DNA from: Dudresnaya verticillata
Taxonomy: Eukaryota
Direction of reading: 5' to 3'
Assembly (NCBI GenBank): GCA_977862235.1
Contig: OZ374565.1
Span: 1,922,001-1,986,000 of the forward strand
DNA length: 64,000 nucleotides
Of the stretch, positions 51,953 to 64,000 are shown piece after piece. Below the pieces are notes generated by a model. The model saw nothing but the letters and a program-made list of their open reading frames with translations, was not told where the DNA came from and made no database searches. Position 1 is the stretch's first letter; every line of letters starts with the position of its first letter. The position numbers were made by a program, and so were the translations under genes.

Positions 51953-54764
51953 TCTGAGATGGAGAGTAGGAGAATCGACACTGCCGGTACAGCTCTGTGA
52001 TGGAGTGTTGTTTGACGGAAGCCAGTTACACCAGAGGTGTGAATAGAGTCGATGTGCTAGGAGAAGGGTGAAGGATATGGCAGAAACTGCAAGTTGTTGG
52101 GTGGAGCAAAGTGGGTGAGTAGATTTGGTCGAAAGGTGTAGCGCAGCCGCGAAAATATGAGTTTAAGTATTGTAGAGTGCGTCCGCATCTATGCCGCTAT
52201 GAGGTACTCATCGTGGTCGCCGCATCGACCACATGGCGTGCATGAGTGCTCAGTACTGGGTCGATTGCGGAGGCGAGTGTGCGTGTTGTTCTTCCGCGCA
52301 TCTTGCTGACGAAATGACCTTGCTTCCTGCGTCAATACTTCTCAGCCGTCAGCACAAACAGCAATGCTTTGCTCCTGTCGAAAATTATGGGCAAACTGGA
52401 AGTAGCGAAGTAGCAAATTTCTAAGCCTATTTTCGTTTTGGCGTGAGAGAAGCAACGCCTCTTCGAGGGCTGAATAAAAGGAATTCTCTTCGGGCAGTTC
52501 TCGCTTGGGCGCTGTTCTTGCTGTCCAGGGCGACCTCGTTTCGCACAATACATCAGGACACTATCTCAACATGGGGGTGGGAGCAAGGTGTTTTAGTCAG
52601 CGAAGGCGAGGGTGCTTCCTGCTGTTGGACCAATTTATGTGAACACTGCTCGTGAAGCATAGTTCGACAGTTTTGGGCTCTTCCCTTCCAATTGCTGCTG
52701 TGAGCGCTGTCCGCATCGCTTGCTGTAACCTGTCGCTACCTCTCTAGCCCCGTACTTTGTGATCTACAGCTTGCAAGGCGTGCGGAAATTGCATTCATTG
52801 GCAGGGGAAACTGGCAGTTGTGTGTTACATGTGGGGGTAAACGTCACTTTACGAAAGCATAAAGCTACATGTGTGGCGTATGCTGCGCTTGGCTCACTGC
52901 ACGTAGGCACACACACGGATCGCTGTCCATACTAATACATTCAAGCCGATTGTGAGAAGCACCACCGTTTCTGGACACGATGTATTAGCGTTCCAAGGAA
53001 GGGTAGAATGTAAACGGCAGTTAGCAAAACGTGCTTGACTGCTTCACAAGACTGGCTTCATTCACACAAACTCTTTTCCACATATGCGAAGTATTCAATC
53101 ACAATTCGCTCTACTTTCACTCTACTTAACCGGGTGACCTAGCGCCCTTCGAACCCTACCATAAAGTTCCCCACCTCTCTACTTGCAGACGGATATAAAA
53201 AGAAGCTTGTGGCCAGCGTCGAATGGCACTTCGAGTCGAGGAACCATTATTGTTCAATGCATTCCCTGACGCTCCCTGCAATGAAGTTGTGGTAGAGATG
53301 GGAGTACAAAGGAGCAGTGGTAGCGGGAATTGGTGGCATCAGGTTTACGTAAACCTGATACAACCAGTTGCCGATATTGTATTATTACTGTTGGAACAAG
53401 TAAACATCAACCTTCACGTTGTAAAAATTAAACATCAGCCTTCACGTTGTAAAAATATCATCATATGGGTCATTGACGAGCGTACATATGTCTGTATGCG
53501 CTGTACGTTTTGTTTGATTTTTGGTGTTTAAGGTGGTGGTCTTATGTGTGTTTTGATACTGCACTATATCATGTTCGATGCAAAAATAAGCGTATAGACA
53601 CATACAGAAACATGTTAGGATCGGAAAGAACCAAAGAAATATTCATACGGGTGCAATATTTCTCCATTATAATAATTGACTGTATTATCTCTATCTGTAC
53701 ACATATGTCTCTATTTATAATTTGTTCTGCCCCGCAGTGTGTGTCTTGTTGCCTACTGCACACAACTTATCTCCCATATATATATATCAAATGGAATTAT
53801 TGAGTACATTCAATGGCGAAGCCATGGACGCCGTAGTAAGAGATTAAGAAATGTCCAGAAATACGTTCTCAGACCCCTTATAAGGGGCCTTATCCCTATC
53901 TCTACATAAACCAATATAAATTCCATTTTCCGGATTTCTCACCTTGCATATTATAATTCGCATTACCGTCGTGTGCAATCATAAATAATCCGATTGCACT
54001 TGCAGAATGACTTTCCGCCTTTATCGCTGATTTCAGTCACGGACTGGACAAGTGCACTATCAGGAAGCTATCTACTAAACTAGTTTATATAAAGCATCCG
54101 GTTCTGGCTGTGCTCATTCGTTTTACATTAATTCGCTGAGTGATCGTTTCCATTGTCGATGTTATAAAAGCCTAGAGCAGACTTACGAAAAGGGGCTTTT
54201 AAACATTTATTAATCGAGCGGATGTACTACTATTAACTTTAGGCCACACAAAACCTTGCTATCGTCGTTTCAACAAGAAATTGATACACTACGCGCTGCG
54301 TTCCAATGCAGGCAATAGGAAGAATAAGATATTGAGCACCACCACTGAAATGGAGGAACAATTACGAAGGCCCGCAAATGGGCCCAAGCTTTGCCGACTG
54401 CGCTAACATACGCGCAGAACCGTGATAACTAAATAACGAACAAATACGTATTAATAATAGCGAAGCTAGCGAAGCTATTATTACATTAAATAACAATTAT
54501 AGCAAAGCTTTGCAAAGCTAGAAGCTAGAAGTAGCGAAGCTAGAAGCTATTATTATTATTATTATTATTATTATTAGTTTAGCATGGCAAGCATAAATGT
54601 CGATATGATAGGTGCAGTTTGTACGTAATAGCTGTTTTCAGGTTTTCGTCCAACGACCACATTTGTAAAATTCGCATTAGGCGCGGAAAAAGACCACGCT
54701 TATAATCGGAAGGCCCTTAACGGGCTTCTCTCTTGTTCTTCAATAAAGGTATCTCTATTGTAAT

Positions 54765-55370
54765 CGGGAGGGAGACCTTCAATAGAAACTAATCACAGAG
54801 AGAGAAAGAGAGAGTCTGTAGAAAACTAATCACGTAACTAATCACAGCGAGAAAGAAAGAAGACAGAGAGAAAGAGAGAGACAGAAAGAGACAGAGAGAG
54901 AGAGAGGACTTTACTGAAGCCCCAGAAGAGGTCTGGAAAACTAAGTAGGCATCCTAGCCGCAGGTGAGAGCTCGCGCCGGTTAATACGAATCGCCATGCG
55001 CTGGAGAACTGTAGAGACAAGACGGGTTACGAGAATGATTTCACCGACTTCAGAAACGTTCCACGCTAGACAGCGATAAAATTCTGCTATCCTTTGCAAG
55101 TCTTGTTTAAACACAGATCGCACACGATCATAGATGTCTATGACTATTAGGCGAAGAACCACACGACGTCAACGGAGGAACGGCGTGGGTGGAAACGTTT
55201 GGAGCAGTCATGGATGGAAGTTGCCTGACCAGGAAGGAGCCCAACAGAGCTATGTTTTCCCTCTCCAACTGTTGTACACAGTACAATCTGTGTCGCAGAA
55301 CAGTAATCAGGCTCCCAGTACTCCGATCCATGTGCTCATAGCTGCGGGGGGCTCAAGATCTCCAGCATCA
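54765..55370 (-). mobile_element. Degenerate non-LTR retrotransposon 3' fragment
   Basis: LIVIDIYDRV...LVTRLVSTVLQRMAIRINRR is homologous to the 55560-55975 insert; simple-repeat-rich tail. Confidence 0.65.
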
Positions 55371-55559
55371 GCACCGACCGTCATCTTCATAGTCTCGTGT
55401 CCACTGAGCTTCTACTCCTATAAACGGACCGGACCGGCGCGACCATTCATAACCATTATATAACCATGCACACCAAATCTTAAACAACAAAGGACTTTAT
55501 CAGACATACAGACCGAGCAACTAACTGTGATGCAGCCCAAATTTCTTACACAGAATAAG

Positions 55560-55975
55560 AGAGGAGACCTTTATTAAAGAACAAGAGAGAAGCCCCTTAA
55601 GGGGGCTTAGGATTCAGAGCTACCATAAAGAGGCGGAGGAGCAAGCTTGCGGCGGTTGACACTCACCGCGACGCATTGGAGAACTAAAGAGAGTAAACGA
55701 GTAGTGAGGCGAAGTTTCTCCGTAGACGGAGAGGTCCCACGCTTGCTGGCAATGAAATTAGCGATACGTTGGGCGCCAACTTCAAAGCCAGATCCAACAC
55801 GGCCATAGACATCTACAACCATAGGATGGAGAACCATATCCAAACTAGCGCATACGCGGCGGTAATGAGAGCGTTTGACACGTTCGCGAGCTGCAATGGC
55901 TTGGCCAGCAACGCGACCAGTGGAACCATGAATAGAATGGGGACTGACGACCGAGACATCAAATCCATGGGGGTG
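55560..55975 (-). mobile_element. 5'-truncated non-LTR retrotransposon (restriction-like endonuclease C-terminus, CRE/R2-type)
   Basis: 11-bp TSD CACAGAATAAG at 55549-55559 and 55976-55986; empty site in copy 3 near 61500. Motifs FDVSVVSP, RERVKRSHY, HPMVVDVYG. Confidence 0.85.
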
Positions 55976-56092
55976 CACAGAATAAGTCCTCAAGACAATT
56001 TGCGTTCAATGAAGTATCCAAACATATCCCCACCACTACTCATACTCACGCCGTTCTAACGAAATCATTGGATTCTTATCTTGCCTCAGTTT

Positions 56093-56785
56093 CTAACATT
56101 CCATCTGGTGAGCAGACACAAACTCGGCCATTGCTAACGCCTCCGCAGCAAGCGCAGCTCCGACACCGGGGCACCAGATAGCAGCAGTGAATGGAACGGC
56201 ACAACAGGCAGCAGATGCTGCGGTCACAGCTACGGCAGCTACCAAATTATTCTTAGCCTCAGTGATAGCATCTTGCTTCTCAACACAGACCTCAACTCTG
56301 GCCGAAGCTGGCAGCTTGGGCCTAGAACCTTCGAAAGAACTTTTCAGGCACTCTGCAGCATGTCTTGCTTCACGAGCCGTAGCTTTCTCGTCGAAGAAAG
56401 TCATCAAGACGGATCCATTGCACTTTGTCCGCTTCATCAATTGCGAGGACCCTGGGGATTCCGTGAATACCTTTTTGAGCCTCTTGAGCTGGGCCATTGC
56501 TTCTTCCTTCTGCAAGGGTTTGGTGCACTTAAGCCAGTGCCTGAATTCCTCTGGCCTTACTCGCTTTACCCAGAGTTTCATTTGCTCGTCGTCAAGACCG
56601 GAAATAGCCCGACGTACGGCCCTCCCAGGGTAACGGCATTTACCGTTCATACGAAGGACGCTTCCCTCGGTTATAACTGCAGTGATAGGGGCCTTGGAGG
56701 CTGCACTAGTCACTGTAGCATCTACGAAATTCTGGCAGATGACAAGAAGAACGACAGCAGCGCTTACGTGGTAGAAGATCTTCAT
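56093..56785 (-). CDS. Secreted Cys/Ala-rich precursor, copy 2
   Basis: 5 aa differences from copy 1. Confidence 0.82.
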   Translation of the reverse strand: MKIFYHVSAAVVLLVICQNFVDATVTSAASKAPITAVITEGSVLRMNGKCRYPGRAVRRAISGLDDEQMKLWVKRVRPEEFRHWLKCTKPLQKEEAMAQLKRLKKVFTESPGSSQLMKRTKCNGSVLMTFFDEKATAREARHAAECLKSSFEGSRPKLPASARVEVCVEKQDAITEAKNNLVAAVAVTAASAACCAVPFTAAIWCPGVGAALAAEALAMAEFVSAHQMEC

Positions 56786-58009
56786 TCTGAGATGGAGAGT
56801 AGGAGAATCGACACTGCCGGTACAGCTTTGTGATGGAGTGTTGTCTGACGGAAGCCAGTTACACCAGAGGTGTGAACAGAGTCGATGTGCTAGGAGAAGG
56901 GTGAAGGATATGGCAGAAACTGCAAGTTGTTGGGTGGAGCAAAGTGGGTGAGTAGATTTGGTCGAAAGGTGTAGCGCAGCCGCGAAAATATGAGTTTAAG
57001 TATTGTAGAGTGCGTCCGCATCTATGCCGCTATGAGGTACTCATCGTGGTCGCCGCATCGACCACATGGCGTGCATGAGTGCTCAGTACTGGGTCGATTG
57101 CGGAGGCGAGTGTGCGTGTTGTTCTTCCGCGCATCTTGCTGACGAAATGACCTTGCTTCCTGCGTCAATACTTCTCAGCCGTCAGCACAAACAGCAATGC
57201 TTTGCTCCTGTCGAAAATTATGGGCAAACTCGAAGTGATGGTAAACTTTTAATGGTTGTTGCGAAGTGGCGAGTTTCTAAGTCTATTTGTGTTTTTGATG
57301 TTTTTGATGAGTTGTTGTATTTTATTTGTTGTTTAACGCGGTCCTGTGATGTGAGAGCAGCGACGCCTCTTCGAGGGCTCTATGAAAGGAATTCTCTTCA
57401 GGCAGTTCTTGCTTGGGCGCTGTTCTTGCTGTCCAGGGCGACCTCGTTTCGTGCAATGCATCGGGACACTATCTGAACATGGGCGTGGGAGCAAGGTGTT
57501 TTAGTCGGCGAAGGCGAGGCGAGGGTGCTTCCTGCTGTTGGGTTGGACCAATTTATGAGGACACTGCTTGTAAAGCATGGGTCGACAGTTTTGAGCTCTT
57601 CCCTTCCAACTGCTGCTGTGAGCGCTGTCCGCATCGCTTGCTGTAACCTGTCGCTACCTATCTAGCCTCGTACTTTGTGATCTACAGCTTGCAAGGCGTG
57701 CGGAAATTGCATTCATTGGCAGGGGAAACTGGCAGTTGTGTGTTACATGTGTGGCGTATGCTGCGCTTAGTTCACTGCACGTAGGCACACACATGGATCG
57801 CTGTCCATAATAATACATTCAAGCGGATTGTGAGAAGCACCACCGTTCCTGGACAAGCTGTATTAGTGTGCCAAGGAAGGATAGAACGTAAACGGCAGCT
57901 AGCAAAACGTGCTTGACTGCTTCACAAGACTGGCTTCATTCACACAAACTCTTTTCCGCATATGCAAAGTATTCAATCACAATTCGCTCTCCTTGCAGAC
58001 GGAGATATA

Positions 58010-58760
58010 AGGAATGAAAATAGCTTTGTTTTAATCTAAAAAGCACCCCTGGGAAAGGGTCTAACTACCAGGATACATTGCAAGAGGAGGGGAGAGGTTG
58101 CGGTGATTCACGCTTCACACGCTAACTGCAACACATTGAAGAACGAGCGTAGTAAGAGACGTTAAGAGAGAAAGCTTCTCAGCGATGGCGGAGGACCTCT
58201 TCTTGACAGCAATGTAATCAGCGATACGCTGAATACCGGTGTCAAAACCGGCCCTAATACAGCCGTATACATCAATAACCATAATATAATTACCATAGCA
58301 TAGCATGCAAATCCATTCCTAGACTTCCACGCACACGCTGATAATGCGAAAGCTTGACCCGTTCACGTTGGGCTATAGCTTGACCGGGATCTCGAAGAAG
58401 TTTATGACGGCGAATTGATCCATGACGGGAGCGGCAGATAGCAGCGTGATGACCATAGGTGCCAAGAATTGGCACAGGACGAGTAGTGCCATCTGCACAA
58501 CGGTGACAGACGTCGTGGCCGGAAAAGATAGGATGTCCAAGACGTAGCTTGGAAAGCCCGGAAAAGATCATTGTAACCCAAACTTCAGGTTGAACACGGC
58601 AACGGATGAAGAGTAAGGTATGGCATTGAAGGGACGACAAGAATTAGATGTAGCCGTGGACTATAGACGTAAACGATATCTAATAGAATAAGCAGAAACA
58701 CCAGTTGGTGCATTCTACTGAACAGATGAGCCAGGATGGGAGGAAACAAATTGGACTGAA
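58010..58760 (-). mobile_element. Non-LTR retrotransposon fragment (Zn knuckle plus internally deleted endonuclease)
   Basis: CHRC...GHHAAICRSRHGSIRRHKLLRD, then GQAIAQRERVKLSHY and VIDVYG. It replaces sequence present in the other repeat units. Confidence 0.75.
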
Positions 58761-59844
58761 GAAAGCGAGCACAATCGGTAGAACGGGATTCCATGCGGGT
58801 GCAATATTTCTCCATTATAATAATTGGCTGTCTTATCTCTATCTCTACACATATGTCTCTATCTCTATTTTTTTGCCCTGTAGTGTGTGGCTTGTTGTCC
58901 ACTGCACACAACTTCTCTCCTATATATATATATGAGAGAGAAGTTTATATATATATATTGAATGGAATTATTGAGTACATACAATGGCAAAGCCATGGAT
59001 GCCGTAGTAAGAGATTAAGAAACGTCCAGAAAGACGTTCTCAGACCCCTTGCAAGGGGCCTTACCCCTACCTCTACATAAACCAATATAGATTCCATTTT
59101 CCGGATTTCTCACCTTGCATATTATAATTCGCATTACCACCGTGTGCAATCATAAATACTCCGATTACACTTGCAGAATGACTTTCCGCCTTTACCACTG
59201 ATTTTAGTCTCGGATTGGAGAAATAAGCTAGCAGGAAGCTATCTACTAAACCAGTTTATATAAAGCGTCCGAATCTGGCTGTGCTCATCCTTTTTACATC
59301 AATTCGCTGATTGATCGTCTCCATTGTCGTTGCTATAAAAGCCTAGAGCGGACTTACAAAAAAAAGCGCTTTTAAACATTTGTTAATCGAGCGGGTGTAC
59401 TGCTACTAATTTTAGGCCGCACAAAACCTTGCTACCGTCGTTTCAACAAGACATTTATACACTACGCGCTGCGTTCCAATGCCGTCAAGAGGAACAATCA
59501 GATATTGAGCACCACCACTGAAATGCAGGAACACTTACGAATGCCTCCAAATGGGCCCAAGCTTTACCGACTGCGCTAACATACGCGCAGAACCACGATA
59601 ACTAAAACACGAATAAATATGTAATTATAATAGCTTCGCTATTATTGTTACTTTAGCATGGCAAGCATAAATGTCGATATGTAAAGTGCAATTTGTACGT
59701 AATAGCTGTTTCGAGATTTTTGTCCAACCACCGCATTTGTAAAATTCGCATAAGGTGCGGAAAAAGACCTTGCCACGCTTATAATCGGAAGCTCCCTTAA
59801 GGGGCTTCTCTCTTGTTCTTCAATAAAGGTATCTCTATTTTAAT

Positions 59845-60770
59845 CAGGAGGGAGACCTTCAATAGCAACTAATCACATAGAGAAGGAGAGAGAGTCTGTT
59901 GAGAACTAATCACATAACTAATCACAGAGAGAAAGAGAGACAGAAAGAGACAGAGAGGGCTTTACTGAAGCCCCAGAAGAGGTCTGGAAAACTAAGTAGG
60001 CATCCTAGGCACAGGTGAGAGCTCGCGTCGGTTGATACTAATCGCCATGCGCTGGGGAACTGAAGAGACAAGAAGGGTTACGAGAATGATTTTACCGACA
60101 TCGGGGACGTTCCACGCTTGACAGCGGTAAAATTCTGCGATCCTTCGCAAGTCTTGTTTAAACACAGATCGCACACGATCATAGATGTCTATGACCATGA
60201 GACGAAGAAGTACGCGAAGTCTGTAAAAATGTCGACGAAAAAACGGCCTTAGTGGGAACGTTTGGAGCAGTCACGGATGGCAGTTGCCTGGCCAGGACGG
60301 TGCCCAACAGTATGACATAAACAGAGTCATGTAGAGAGTATGGACTAAGTACAGAAACATCGAGGCCATATGCGGTAGGGGTCAACATACCCGTGCGTCT
60401 GTATGTGATCATCAACAAATAGGTCCATACGTAAATCATGTCGGCGATCTCTTGGGTCGCGGTTCGATGAGAATCGGATTTTTATTGCATCCCCTCTATT
60501 TACTCGATAGTATTGGGTGATAGCCCCAAGTTTAAGTTCCCTCATGGAGCTTCTTGTTGTTCCTGAGTAAAGCTGATCTCTCTCGATGAGAGTCAGAGAT
60601 TGGATTTCCTCGACCGTGCTCATCAGAATGACGAAAGTGTTGAACAAAAATGACGTTCCCTCTCCACCTGTACAAGCTGTGTCGCAGAATAGTAATCAGA
60701 CGGCCGGTGCCGCGATCCACATGAGCTCTTAGCTGCCGGTTTGGCTCAAGATCTCCTGCGTCCTCATCCT
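59845..60770 (-). mobile_element. Degenerate non-LTR retrotransposon 3' fragment (longer paralogue of 54765-55370)
   Basis: RMDLFVDD, YGLDVSVLSP and VIDIYDRV motifs. Confidence 0.7.
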
Positions 60771-60813
60771 GACACCGACCACCATCTTCATGATCTCGTG
60801 TCCACTCAGCTTC

Positions 60814-61358
60814 TGTCGCTCAACTTGGGCAGGTGCAGAGGACTTCGAGCGAAGTCAATCTGGCCCAGCCTTGGCCGGAGATTATAGATGGATGGTCAAG
60901 ATAGAGTAGCATGCAGTGTCAATTGTCACTGAATATTGTCAGTAGTTGCATTCAATTCCACGTTCGCGTGGAGGATGAAACTTAGTACAAGAGCTATTCC
61001 GACGTCAGCAACAAAGTAAAGAAAAGCCAACGATTAAAAAAACAGAACAACAACCAAACAATCTCGGGAACTAGTCTAGCACATGCTACAGACCGGAGAC
61101 GGTGCAACGCTTTGCGTTTGCAAGTAATGGAAGACAAGTTCAAAGAACCACGGAACACTCAACTAGTGCCTACGTTTGAATCTACCTCCGCTACCATTGG
61201 AATCAATTGCTCCGCCCTCAGTCAGCTCTTTTGAGAGCCGTTCCAAGCGTGCAGCTCTTGCACTCGTGCCAACTAAAGCAGCCTTTTTGAGGACCGTTCA
61301 TCGACGAACACGTGTGGACCCTAACGGTTACAGTACCGTAAAGGTCTGTATTTTGACA
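60814..61358. mobile_element. Solo LTR (545 bp)
   Basis: TGTC...GACA termini and TSD GCTTC; absent from the paralogous site near 55400. Confidence 0.88.
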
Positions 61359-61616
61359 GCTTCCCCTCCCAAAAACGGATCCGACCGGCGCGACCATTCA
61401 TAACCATTATATAACCATGCACACCAAATCTTAAACAACAAAGGACTTTATCAGACAGACAGATCGAGCAACTAACTGTGATGCAGCCCAAATTTCTTAC
61501 ACAGAATAAGTCCTTAAGACAATCTGCGCTCACTGAAGTATCCAAACATATCCCCACCACTACTCATACTCACGCCGTTCTAACGAAATCATTGGATTCT
61601 TATCTCGCCTCAGTTT

Positions 61617-62309
61617 CTAACATTCCATCTGGTGAGCAGACACAAACTCGGCCATTGCTAACGCCTCCGCAGCAAGCGCAGCTCCGACACCAGGACACCA
61701 GATAGCAGCAGTGAATGGAACGGCACAACAGGCAGCAGATGCTGCGGTCACAGCTACGGCAGCTATCAAATTATTCTTAGCCTCAGTGATAGCATTTTGC
61801 TTCTCAACACAGACCTCAACTCTGGCCGAAGCTGGCAGCTTGGGCCTAGAACCTTCGAAAGCACTTTTGAGGCACTCTGCAGCATGTCTTGCTTCACGAG
61901 CCGTAGCTTTCTCGTCGAAGAAAGTCATCAAGACGGATCCATTGCACTTTGTCCGCTTCATCAATTGCGAGGACCCTGGGGATTCCGTGAATACCTTTTT
62001 GAGCCTCTTGAGCTGGGCCATTGCTTCTTCCTTCTGCAAGGGTTTGGTGCACTTAAGCCAGTGCCTGAATTCCTCTGGCCTTACTCGCTTTACCCAGAGT
62101 TTCATTTGCTCGTCGTCAAGACCGGAAATAGCCCGACGTACGGCCCTCCCAGGGTAACGGCATTTACCGTTCATACGAAGGACGCTTCCCTCGGTTATAA
62201 CTGCAGTGATAGGGGCCTTGGAGGCTGCACTAGTCACTGTAGCATCTACGAAATTCTGGCAGATGACAAGAAGAACGACAGCAGCGCTTACGTGGTAGAA
62301 GATCTTCAT
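61617..62309 (-). CDS. Secreted Cys/Ala-rich precursor, copy 3
   Basis: 3 aa differences from copy 2; start at MKIFY by homology. Confidence 0.82.
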   Translation of the reverse strand: MKIFYHVSAAVVLLVICQNFVDATVTSAASKAPITAVITEGSVLRMNGKCRYPGRAVRRAISGLDDEQMKLWVKRVRPEEFRHWLKCTKPLQKEEAMAQLKRLKKVFTESPGSSQLMKRTKCNGSVLMTFFDEKATAREARHAAECLKSAFEGSRPKLPASARVEVCVEKQNAITEAKNNLIAAVAVTAASAACCAVPFTAAIWCPGVGAALAAEALAMAEFVSAHQMEC

Positions 62310-64000
62310 TCTGAGATGGAGAGTAGGAGAATCGACACTGCCGGTACAGCTTTGTGATGGAGTGTTGTCTGACGGAAGCAAGTTACACCAGAGGTGTGAA
62401 CAGAGTCGATGTGCTAGGAGAAGGGTGAAGGATATGGCAGAAACTGCAAGTTGTTGGGTGGAGCAAAGTGGGTGAGTAGATTTGGTCGAAAGGTGTAGCG
62501 CAGTCGCGAAAAGATGAGTTTAAGTATTGTAGAGTGCGTCCGCATCGATGCCGCTATGAGGTACTCATCGTGGTCGCCGCATCGACCACACGGCGTGCAT
62601 GAGTTCTCAGTACTGGGTCGATTGCGGAGGCGAGTGTGCGTCTTGATCCTCCGAGCATCTTGCTGACGAAATGACCTTGCTTCCTGCGTCAATACTTCTC
62701 AGCCGTCAGCACAAACAGCAATGCTTTGCTCTTCTCGACAATCATTAGCAAACTCGAAGTGATGGTAAACTTTTAATGGTTGTTGCGAAGTGGCGAGTTT
62801 CTAAGTCTATTTGTGTTTTTGATGTTTTTGATGAGTTGTTGTATTTTATTTGTTGTTTAACGCGGTCCTGTGATGTGAGAGCAGCGACGCCTCTTCGAGG
62901 GCTCTATGAAAGGAATTCTCTTCAGGCAGTTCTTGCTTGGGCGCTGTTCTTGCTGTCCAGGGCGACCTCGTTTCGTGCAATGCATCGGGACACTATCTCA
63001 ACATGGGCGTGGGAGCAAGGTGTTTTAGTCGGCGAAGGCGAGGCGAGGGTGCTTCCTGCTGTTGGGTTGGACCAATTTATGAGGACACTGCTTGTAAAGC
63101 ATGGGTCGACAGTTTTGAGCTCTTCCCTTCCAACTGCTGCTGTGAGCGCTGTCCGCATCGCTTGCTGTAACCTGTCGCTACCTATCTAGCCTCGTACTTT
63201 GTGATCTACAGCTTGCAAGGCGTGCGGAAATGGCATTCATTGGCAGGGGAAGCTGGCAGTTGTGTGTTACATGTGTGGCGTATGCTGCGCTTAGTTCACT
63301 GCACGTAGGCACACACATGGATCGCTGTCCATAATAATACATTCAAGCGGATTGTGAGAAGCACCACCGTTCCTGGACAAGCTGTATTAGTGTGCCAAGG
63401 AAGGATAGAACGTAAACGGCAGCTAGCAAAACGTGCTTGACTGCTTCACAAGACTGGCTTCATTCACACAAACTCTTTTCCGCATATGCAAAGTATTCAA
63501 TCACAATTCGCTCTACTTGCAGACGGATATAAAAAGAAGGTTGTGGCAACCGTCGACTGGCAGTTCTGAGTCGGGGAACCATTATCGTTCAATGCATTTC
63601 CTGACCCCCCCTGCAATTAAGTCGTATAACTTCTGCTGTGGCAGAGATGGGAATGCAACGTAGCAGTGGTAGCGGGAACTGGTTACATCAGGTTTACGTA
63701 AAACCTGATAAACCAGGTCCCGATATTGTAGTAGTATAACATCAACCTTCACGTTGTAAAAATATAATCATATGGGTCTTTTACGTACAGGTAAAGAGCT
63801 CTGGTCTCTTTAGTTGACTTCTCGCGGTAGACACGTGCGGACCCGTTCCTTCTCTATCCAGATGTGCCTCTTTTAGTTCTGTTGAACCTTCTCCTTCCAT
63901 TTGCATCCATTTGCACGACCGTACTATTCATAGAGCACAAACCAAAACACGACAGAATACTCTCCATGCCAACAATTGCACTGACACCCGAGACGTGATT

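Larger units (their letters stand above)
50980..63790. repeat. Tandem segmental triplication (periods about 4.8 and 5.5 kb)
   Basis: The gene and its upstream and downstream flanks recur at offsets 4833 and 5524. Boundaries approximate. Confidence 0.9.

Noticed and set aside
51354..52000. Plus-strand ORFs overlapping the triplicated gene (also in copies 2 and 3)
   Set aside because: Antisense shadows conserved only because the DNA is near-identical.
1..64000. CRISPR array, rRNA or prokaryotic operon
   Set aside because: No regular repeat-spacer array or rRNA-like sequence; the content is eukaryotic retroelement-rich DNA.

Overview
Eukaryotic, intron-poor, repeat-rich DNA. The gene and retroelement style suggests a florideophyte red alga, which is an inference. 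About 60% of the window is Ty3/Gypsy chromodomain LTR retrotransposon, including a four-level nest from 16.9 to 47.4 kb in which each element inserted into the previous element's LTR; the three inner insertions each have an exact 5-bp TSD. Two divergent Gypsy elements each carry a homologous ~770-codon ANTISENSE accessory ORF of unrecognised family between pol and the 3' LTR, which is the best candidate for an undescribed system. The window also holds a decayed ParB-like + beta-class amino-methyltransferase fusion gene (272-2591), a secreted, extremely Asp/Glu-rich protein, a LamG/concanavalin-like gene, a Copia remnant, several solo LTRs, restriction-like-endonuclease non-LTR fragments, and a triple tandem duplication of a secreted Cys/Ala-rich precursor gene. 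All family assignments come from motif reading, not database searches. Element labels A-F are mine.
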